A stretch of DNA of 63,278 bases from Candidatus Woesearchaeota archaeon (lineage in GTDB: Archaea > Nanobdellota > Nanobdellia > Woesearchaeales > GW2011-AR4). Below, piece after piece: positions 57,140 to 63,278 of this stretch (positions within the stretch are counted from its first letter, which is position 1; every line of letters begins with the position of its first letter). The DNA lies in contig JAGVXV010000011.1 in assembly GCA_018303625.1 (NCBI GenBank), positions 1 through 63,278 on the forward strand, in the 5' to 3' direction. Both the position numbers and the translations under genes were made by a program. Below the pieces are notes generated by a model. The model did not search any database, was not told the DNA's origin, and worked only from the letters and a program-made list of their open reading frames with translations.

Positions 57140-59011
57140 TTATTTCCCAAAAAATTCCCTGATCCTATCTTCATACATCAGGCTTATTTTAAAATTCATG
57201 TCTTTTGGGAGGCACCTGTTGTAATTCTCCCAGGCAAACCTCTCGTCAAGGAAAATTATAACCCCTTTGTCGGTTTCGCTCCTTATGCATCTTCCGGCAT
57301 TCTGCAGGCATTTTGTTATTGCAGGGAAAATATACCCGTAATCAATGCCTTTTCCGAACTTCTCCTCATAATAGTCAATAAGCTCCTTTGTCTCCAGATC
57401 AGGCTTTTGCAATGGCAGCCCTACAATAATAACCGCTTTCAAAATGCCTGGCATGTCAATGCCTTCCCCGAAGCTTCCTGAAGATACAGCGAGCAAAACT
57501 GAATTTTTCCTGTTTTTGAAATTTTCAAGAAACTGCTCCTTTTCGTCTTTTGTCAGGCCATTTTTTTCAATAAAAAGCGTTTTTTCGCATTTTGAATTAA
57601 AAAATCTGTAAATATTGTCCCTCAATTCGTAGCTTGGGAAAAATAATGCGGCGTTTCCAGGAACTTTATTTGCAATTCTAGCGCATATGTCCGCTATTTT
57701 CTCAAACTCGTCATTATTGCGCCTTGTGAATTTTGTGGTTGTTTCAGGGATTATCAGGTTCAGCCTGTTTTCGCTCGGGAAAGGGCTTGTGTACTCCTTT
57801 TCAATTGCATTGGAAAAGCCCAGAATGTCCCTGTACATAAAAGTTGGGCTTAATGTCCCGGACATGATTATTGTTGCATAGCTTCGGTCTATCACTTCCC
57901 TTGTAAGCAGGCTTGGGTCAAGGCAGCGGTAGGACAATGTTGCAATTTCTTTTTTTCCTGCCTCAATTTTGGACATGATTCTTGCAAACCCTATATCGCT
58001 TCCCAGCCACGCTTCCAAAAACTTTGCTATGCTGCCGATATAGCTCTGCTTCTGCTGCGCTCTTATCTCATCTCCGGCAAACTCCAGCCCCGAAATAAGG
58101 CCGTCATAGCTGAAATTTTTATTGAGTAAGTCAGTGAAGCTCTCCCTTCTCACTGATTTTTCCTCCCTGTTGAAATTCAAGTCATTGCTAAGCTCAAACA
58201 GGATCTCATTGAGGATTTTCAGGCTTTCAAATGCTTCCTTGAATCCGAATTTGACTGCTTCTTTCATTGCCCTTTCAACCATCAGGTTTGAAAGCTTCAT
58301 TGTCAATAAATCCCTCATTCTTGCCGGCAGGTTATGGCCTTCATCAATGATTATGATGCATTTTTCCAGCTCCTTATTGATTCTGCTGAACAGGCTTTCC
58401 CTTATGCTCGGGCTGAAGATATAATAATAGTCTGCAATTATGGCTTTAGCCTCTTTTCCCAATAAGGAAGCCATTTCATAGGGGCATAATTTTTCTTTTT
58501 TGCAGTTTTCCATTAAATCTTCAACATGCATTGGCCCAAGAACTTTCAATTCCGCAAGCGCCTTTTCAGCGATTAATGTTGCGCTTCTTGACTTTTTCAG
58601 CGTGTTCAAGTAAAACTCGCACTTGTTTTCCTCCCTCAGCTTCCTGCAGTAGCCAATAAAGTCACTGCTTTGCATTCCTTCGGCATTCTGCAGGCACATC
58701 CACCTCTTTCCTATGAAGTCAGCGGCATTGAAATCAGCGTTATGCTCCCTTTTTATCTGCTTTAGCGTGCTTACAGCAATCTTGTGCTGAGTATGCCTTG
58801 AAGTAAGGAAAAACACAGTAAGATCGTTTTTTAGGGCAACGCTTAATGCAGGGCTCAAGACAGAAGCCGTCTTTCCAATGCCTGTCGGCGCATGCAGCAC
58901 CATATTTTGCCTGCTTTTCAGGGCATTATGGACATCTTCAATCATCAAATCCTGTATTTCCCTTGCCTTGTCATGGGGAAAAAGAACCTCTTTTAGCGCC
59001 TCTTTGTCCAT
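57140..59011 (-). CDS. xpd: XPD/Rad3-type Fe-S DNA helicase (strand corrected to minus)
   Basis: The plus strand reads ...tctttgtccat at 59011 and ttatttccc at 57140, so the gene is on the minus strand. APTGIGKT, Fe-S Cys cluster, IIDEGHN, MSGTL, GEGID, QNAGRCIRS. Confidence 0.95.
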   Translation of the reverse strand: MDKEALKEVLFPHDKAREIQDLMIEDVHNALKSRQNMVLHAPTGIGKTASVLSPALSVALKNDLTVFFLTSRHTQHKIAVSTLKQIKREHNADFNAADFIGKRWMCLQNAEGMQSSDFIGYCRKLREENKCEFYLNTLKKSRSATLIAEKALAELKVLGPMHVEDLMENCKKEKLCPYEMASLLGKEAKAIIADYYYIFSPSIRESLFSRINKELEKCIIIIDEGHNLPARMRDLLTMKLSNLMVERAMKEAVKFGFKEAFESLKILNEILFELSNDLNFNREEKSVRRESFTDLLNKNFSYDGLISGLEFAGDEIRAQQKQSYIGSIAKFLEAWLGSDIGFARIMSKIEAGKKEIATLSYRCLDPSLLTREVIDRSYATIIMSGTLSPTFMYRDILGFSNAIEKEYTSPFPSENRLNLIIPETTTKFTRRNNDEFEKIADICARIANKVPGNAALFFPSYELRDNIYRFFNSKCEKTLFIEKNGLTKDEKEQFLENFKNRKNSVLLAVSSGSFGEGIDMPGILKAVIIVGLPLQKPDLETKELIDYYEEKFGKGIDYGYIFPAITKCLQNAGRCIRSETDKGVIIFLDERFAWENYNRCLPKDMNFKISLMYEDRIREFFGK

Positions 59012-59077
59012 TTTCCCGAAGAATTGATTTTTGTTTATAAGGTTAATTGAAATGCAAGTTTAAATTTAAGCCCGTTT

Positions 59078-59305
59078 CTATAAATATTCAGAAAAATCCT
59101 CTTCCTTTACCTTTGCAAGCTCCAGAATATTCTTCAAAGTTGGAAGCTTTAATTCACTATGCAAAGGAACAACTGTTCCTACTGCGCCTTGAGGCGTTTC
59201 TTTTCTCAAAACAACATGGCTTCCTCGTTGCCTGACAGCTTTAAACCCAAATTTATTGCACAGAATTTTAATGCATTACTTGCCAGAAATCTTCTTAAGC
59301 CTCAA
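59078..59305 (-). pseudogene. hicA: HicA toxin with an in-frame nonsense codon
   Basis: LRLKKISGK*CIKILCNKFGFKAVRQRGSHVVL..VVPLHSELKLPTLKNIL; TAA at 59278-59276. Confidence 0.85.
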
Positions 59306-59478
59306 CCTCAGCCACCTCAAATGTAGCAAGGATGGGGCGCGACTTCTTTTTTTTGGGAAATTCCTCTAAATACAATTCGGCGGCTTTCTTTCAGGTTTGC
59401 AATAGCCTCTTCCACTGTAGCGCCCTGACTGGTTGTGCCAACTTCAGCGCACTTTGCAACATAGATGCCTTCTACCGC
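59295..59478 (-). pseudogene. hicB: HicB antitoxin, 5'-truncated and frameshifted
   Basis: VEGIYVAKCAEVGTTSQGATVEEAIANLKE, an extra A near 59386, then AAELYLEEFPKKKKSRPILATFEVAEVEA*. No intact start. Confidence 0.85.
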
Positions 59479-59570
59479 TTACATTTAACTGCGCTTCTTT
59501 AAACCCAAATATTTAAATAGTAGTATTATAATAGTATTGCAAAATATATACTAGAATACTAAAAAAATAT

Positions 59571-59636
59571 TGTAAAAGTAATGTAATAGTAATGTAAAAG
59601 TAATGTAAAGATATTGCTAAAGTATTGTTATAGTAT
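59571..59636. repeat. Six tandem 11-bp units upstream of an RHH gene (operator-like)
   Basis: tgtaaaagtaa, tgtaatagtaa, tgtaaaagtaa, tgtaaagatat, tgctaaagtat, tgttatagtat. Confidence 0.75.
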
Positions 59637-59648
59637 TATTTATACTGA

Positions 59649-59792
59649 ATGAAAGCCAAAAACAGCGAAAAAAGAGTAATGGTTCATGTTTACCTTACTC
59701 ATGAAGAAAAAGCAAGGATAGAGCAGCTTGCAAAAAACCTTGGCATCTCAGTTTCTGCGTACATTAAAGTCAAACTTTTCAGTGAAAAATGA
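59649..59792 (+). CDS. Ribbon-helix-helix (CopG-like) protein, copy 1
   Basis: Not in the track. MKAKNSEKRVMVHVYLTHEEKARIEQLAKNLGISVSAYIKVKLFSEK. Confidence 0.8.
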   Translation: MKAKNSEKRVMVHVYLTHEEKARIEQLAKNLGISVSAYIKVKLFSEK

Positions 59793-59834
59793 CCCCTAAA
59801 ATTCAAAACAAACAGAGAATATTGATGGCCCATG
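59784..59834. repeat. Direct repeat of 60798-60848 (5' fragment of the RHH gene)
   Basis: 45/51 identical; encodes MTPKIQNKQRILMAH vs MTAKMQNKQRRLMVH. Confidence 0.9.
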
Positions 59835-59847
59835 ATTTTATTAGATG

Positions 59848-60267
59848 TCAAAGTTCTTCATTCAATAATTTATCAATTAATTCTTTTGTTGAGTATACTT
59901 TAACTAATGACTGCTTCTTTAAATGCGGGTCATTGGACCAGATTGCAGCTTTGATTGACAATGCAAGAGCGAGATACGGAGAGTCTTTTGGATCTTCGGG
60001 CAAGGAATCTATCGCTCCCGCAAGAAAGGAGCTGTACTCAGAGGATTTAAAGAACTTAATCAATGCCTTGGCTTCCAAGAGCCTTAGCCCAAATTCATGC
60101 TCAGACAGCTTCGATTTAGACAGGCAATCCGCTTTGTGCTTGTTAAGTTCGGACAATGCAAACTCCGTTGTGAAGAAATCCGCCTTAAGCGATGAAAATA
60201 GGTACGACGCAACCGACTTAGGATTCATAATTGAGAATAGTATATTGTTGTCTAGAACTAATATCAT
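59848..60267 (-). CDS. PIN-domain (VapC-like) toxin
   Basis: LVLDNNIL, TEFALSE, DPKDSPYLALAL..IWSNDPHL acidic PIN residues. Confidence 0.9.
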   Translation of the reverse strand: MILVLDNNILFSIMNPKSVASYLFSSLKADFFTTEFALSELNKHKADCLSKSKLSEHEFGLRLLEAKALIKFFKSSEYSSFLAGAIDSLPEDPKDSPYLALALSIKAAIWSNDPHLKKQSLVKVYSTKELIDKLLNEEL

Positions 60268-60270
60268 TTT

Positions 60271-60567
60271 TTATTTTGAATGCTCCCTTCTTTTTTCCGG
60301 AGAAAGGTGGAATAGCAGCTTAGCCCTCATCTCAGGAGAAAGTTCTTTAAGCAGCCTTTTGAAAGATCCTTTCTTCGCTTTCCTGCCTAATTCAACAGAC
60401 CACTTCATCAGTTCCTGCTCTTCCTTAGAATCAAGTCTTTTGCGCACTTCTTCCAATTCAGTTTTCTTCAGCAGGTTTTCTCTGGCAACCTCCGACCAAT
60501 TAACCCAGGAGAATTTGCCAATCCTGGCTTTTAGCTCTTCGTCTACCGCGAATGTTACGCTTGCCAT
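60271..60567 (-). CDS. RHH-type antitoxin (VapB-like)
   Basis: MASVTFAVDEELKARIGKFSWVNWSEVAR; directly upstream of the PIN gene. Confidence 0.8.
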   Translation of the reverse strand: MASVTFAVDEELKARIGKFSWVNWSEVARENLLKKTELEEVRKRLDSKEEQELMKWSVELGRKAKKGSFKRLLKELSPEMRAKLLFHLSPEKRREHSK

Positions 60568-60726
60568 TTATACCAGCCCCCTGCTTTTTAACTCTTCAAA
60601 TTTTTCAAGCTCTTCAACTTTTTTAATTATCCCCCTTCTGACTACTTCAGCCCAGTTTATCTCTGGATGCGATTTCCTTAACCTTGCTAATAATTCATTC
60701 GGTACAGATACAGTCATTTTTGGCAT
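60568..60726 (-). CDS. Second RHH-type antitoxin-like protein
   Basis: Not in the track. MPKMTVSVPNELLARLRKSHPEINWAEVVRRGIIKKVEELEKFEELKSRGLV; its stop abuts the next start. Confidence 0.8.
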   Translation of the reverse strand: MPKMTVSVPNELLARLRKSHPEINWAEVVRRGIIKKVEELEKFEELKSRGLV

Positions 60727-60737
60727 TTTCGTACTCC

Positions 60738-60768
60738 AAAGTATTTACTTTAATACAAGTAAATACGT
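60738..60768. promoter_or_regulatory. Palindromic operator candidate upstream of the PIN TA operon
   Basis: gtatttact...agtaaatac inverted repeat next to a TATA-like element. Confidence 0.5.
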
Positions 60769-60802
60769 TATTATATTTAAACCTTTTGATTTTAATTGAA
60801 AA

Positions 60803-60952
60803 ATGACAGCTAAAATGCAAAACAAACAGAGAAGATTGATGGTTCATGTTTACCTGACGGAGGAGGAAAAAGCCAGGATAGAGCAGCTGGCGAAAAACCT
60901 TGGAATTTCCTTGTCAGCCTACATTAAAGTCAAATTGTTCAGCGAAAAATGA
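60803..60952 (+). CDS. Ribbon-helix-helix (CopG-like) protein, copy 2
   Basis: Not in the track. MTAKMQNKQRRLMVHVYLTEEEKARIEQLAKNLGISLSAYIKVKLFSEK; paralogue of 59649..59792. Confidence 0.8.
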   Translation: MTAKMQNKQRRLMVHVYLTEEEKARIEQLAKNLGISLSAYIKVKLFSEK

Positions 60953-63278
60953 AACAGCTTTACAAGAAATGGATGCTTGAATTGATGGCGGTTTACTTAG
61001 TGTTAACAATATCCCTTATAGGGTTTTATTACGCAAAGCCGACTATAACTGCCTTTATAACAGCAGGCAGGCAGTTCAGCTACAATGATACTTTGAATTT
61101 AGCTGTAAATGAAAGCGGCAGCTATGACTGGATAATGCAAAATCCGGGCTTATTGAAATCATTGAAAGTGTCAGGCTTGATTGAGAATAAAGGAAGCGCT
61201 AAAGTATATCTGGAAATTGGCAATTCATCATATCTTGTGTTTGACAGCTCTCAATTGAATGAGAAGGCTGTTTTGGACAAGATAACGGGCTTTGCCGCAG
61301 CCGAAGATAAAGGAAAAGGCAAAAACAAGGAGCCGGAATGGAAGTCAAAAATTGACAGCTTTATTGTAAATGGGACTTTAATTTTGGACTTGAATGATTA
61401 CTTTGAAGACAAGGATGGGGATATTTTGGCATACTCCTTTAAAGAAATTGAAGACTTGGCAATAACGCTGGAAAGCTCAATACTAGCAATAACCAATGAA
61501 AATAACTTGGATGAAAAAAGAACTTTGGAAATAACAGCAAGCGACAATGAAAGCTCCAAGAAAAAGGATGTTGATTTGATTTTAATTAAAAATATCGCCA
61601 TTAACGAGACCGTATTAAATGAAACATTAGCCAATGAAACAATAAACATAACTCCAATAATCAACGAAACATTAAATATAACCCCTATAATAAATATAAC
61701 CAACCAAACAATAAACATAACTCCAATAATAAACAAAACAACAGAAAATATAACAACTAATAAATCAATAGAAATAACTCTTGAATATGAAACAGGCACG
61801 AACTATGATGTTGATGACAATGGCATTGAGTCAACAACAGGAATTGTTGATTTGATTGTAAAAAACACCAAGTTTAACTGGGATGCTAATCAGGAAAAAT
61901 TATGCACATTGTGGGACACTTATTCTGCTGAAAATAAAGAATCAACTTTAGTCTGCTATGGCTCTCAAAATTGCTGCAGCTTTGTTGGCTTAACTCCCAC
62001 AAGAGCTAATTGGAGCGAGACATTCTACAGCTATTACGGGCTTTACGGCGCAACTTTTGATAATATAATCTCAGCCCAAGTCATAAATGTAGATTACAAT
62101 TTATCTATTGAGAATCCATATTCCGATATTGTTTACAGCTCTTGGAAGAACTTAAGCGCAGTTTATTATGAAGGATTGATTAAATTTGACAATATCTGCG
62201 CTGATACGTGCACATTATTTGATTTCCTGAATGAAACTTCCTATAAATTAGTGTTTGAAATAAACGATACATCTTTGACAATAGAAATGATGAATTACAT
62301 TGTTGAAAATGATGCTGAAAACAATGCGCCTGTTTTAATCCAGAACATTTCAAATATTACAATAACTAAAAATAAGAATTATACGATTGATTTGAATGAA
62401 TACTTTGCTGATGCTGATGGGGATTTATTAATATTTAATTATTATAAAAACATTGAAAATATAAGCGTGAGCATTGAGAATAATATTGCAGCTATAATCC
62501 CGGATAAAGATTTTATTGGAAGCAAATACATGTTCTTTACCGCAAATGACTCTTTTGAAACAGCAGTTTCAAATGTATTTAAAGTTGATGTTGCTGAAAG
62601 CAAATTTTTGACAGCGGAAATACAGATAGGAAAGCCTGTCAAAAAGGTTGAAAGGATAATTGTTGAGAATCTGACGCAAAAAGAGGACATAAAGATATCA
62701 TTGCCGCTGGCAGCCTCCAATTTAAGCATTAAGAATATAGCAAACAATACTGCCGAGATAATAGCTGATGAAAAGATAGAGATCATAAAGGAAAACGCGG
62801 TAAAAAGCAAGGATAAGTTTGAAAAGGAAAAGGAGCTTGAAAAATTAAAGAGAAAGCTGTCATTGCTGAAGGAGGCAAAAGGCAAAAATGCAAAGATAAT
62901 AATTGATGAGAGCGAGTTTGAGCATTACGATGTTGACGGTGAAATAAGCGAAGTTGAGAACGAAACCTTATTGCTCGAGCAGGAATTAAAATCCGAAGAT
63001 GGAAATTTAATTACGGGCAGCGTTATTGAGGAAATACCTTTCGTTGGGAACGAAACCAATGAAACAATTTTGATAATAAATGACACTTCAATTTTAAGCG
63101 AGGGCAGCGAGATTGAAATTGAATATTATACTGAAGCGCCTGTTGCGATAGAGGAAGAAACATTAACAGGAAAGACAATAAAGATAACTTCTGAAACGCA
63201 TTATGAGAATATTTTGGCTTATGCCTCAATAAAGGAAAGCAAGCAGGAAAACATCAAGTTATACTGGATTGTAAATGA
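60949..63278 (+). CDS. Large cell-surface glycoprotein with cadherin/Ig-like repeats (partial, runs off the window)
   Basis: Not in the track. Open frame from ATG 60949 with an N-terminal TM, LDLNDYFEDKDGDILAY and IDLNEYFADADGDLLIF motifs, and an N-x-T-rich linker. Confidence 0.85.
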   Translation, partial: MKQLYKKWMLELMAVYLVLTISLIGFYYAKPTITAFITAGRQFSYNDTLNLAVNESGSYDWIMQNPGLLKSLKVSGLIENKGSAKVYLEIGNSSYLVFDSSQLNEKAVLDKITGFAAAEDKGKGKNKEPEWKSKIDSFIVNGTLILDLNDYFEDKDGDILAYSFKEIEDLAITLESSILAITNENNLDEKRTLEITASDNESSKKKDVDLILIKNIAINETVLNETLANETINITPIINETLNITPIINITNQTINITPIINKTTENITTNKSIEITLEYETGTNYDVDDNGIESTTGIVDLIVKNTKFNWDANQEKLCTLWDTYSAENKESTLVCYGSQNCCSFVGLTPTRANWSETFYSYYGLYGATFDNIISAQVINVDYNLSIENPYSDIVYSSWKNLSAVYYEGLIKFDNICADTCTLFDFLNETSYKLVFEINDTSLTIEMMNYIVENDAENNAPVLIQNISNITITKNKNYTIDLNEYFADADGDLLIFNYYKNIENISVSIENNIAAIIPDKDFIGSKYMFFTANDSFETAVSNVFKVDVAESKFLTAEIQIGKPVKKVERIIVENLTQKEDIKISLPLAASNLSIKNIANNTAEIIADEKIEIIKENAVKSKDKFEKEKELEKLKRKLSLLKEAKGKNAKIIIDESEFEHYDVDGEISEVENETLLLEQELKSEDGNLITGSVIEEIPFVGNETNETILIINDTSILSEGSEIEIEYYTEAPVAIEEETLTGKTIKITSETHYENILAYASIKESKQENIKLYWIVN

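Noticed and set aside
57140-59011. ORF track lists the helicase on the + strand
   Set aside because: The start (cat at 59009-59011) and stop (tta at 57140-57142) are on the reverse strand; annotated as minus.
59789-60799. 336-aa plus-strand ORF spanning the PIN cassette
   Set aside because: It is an antisense shadow: the three real minus-strand genes share one frame register. The sequence is Ser-rich and motif-less apart from the duplicated RHH N-terminus.
1387-63229. Numerous 60-200 aa ORFs overlapping assigned genes on the opposite strand or in other frames
   Set aside because: They are shadow ORFs within well-supported genes and have no recognisable motifs.

Overview
Chromosomal window of an AT-rich archaeon, most consistent with DPANN/Woesearchaeota. 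This is inferred from aRF1, eL43, Rpo11, Rpo12, prefoldin beta, Nre, PAC2, an XPD helicase, intron-containing tRNAs and many orphan ORFs. Housekeeping genes are interspersed with bacterial-type genes (zwf, gnd, MltD-like lytic transglycosylase, TMTC-like glycosyltransferase) and a beta-propeller/KaiC-like/MoxR/DUF58/vWA operon. The least explained features: (1) five dispersed ~80-nt intergenic elements, each downstream of a gene and before a U-tract, with conserved spacing and co-varying stems forming an H-type pseudoknot; (2) a serine recombinase plus two coiled-coil/winged-helix genes next to a helically phased ~11-bp GGGA repeat array; (3) two toxin-antitoxin cassettes, each flanked by a 39-51 bp degenerate duplication of the neighbouring gene's end; (4) an identical 96-bp MITE-like element in two copies; (5) two tRNAs that both carry introns at 37/38 and in the T-loop. 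The supplied ORF track gives the XPD helicase (57140..59011) on the wrong strand; it is on the minus strand. The track also omits several small genes and the final partial gene. All product calls come from motif recognition by eye; no database searches were run.
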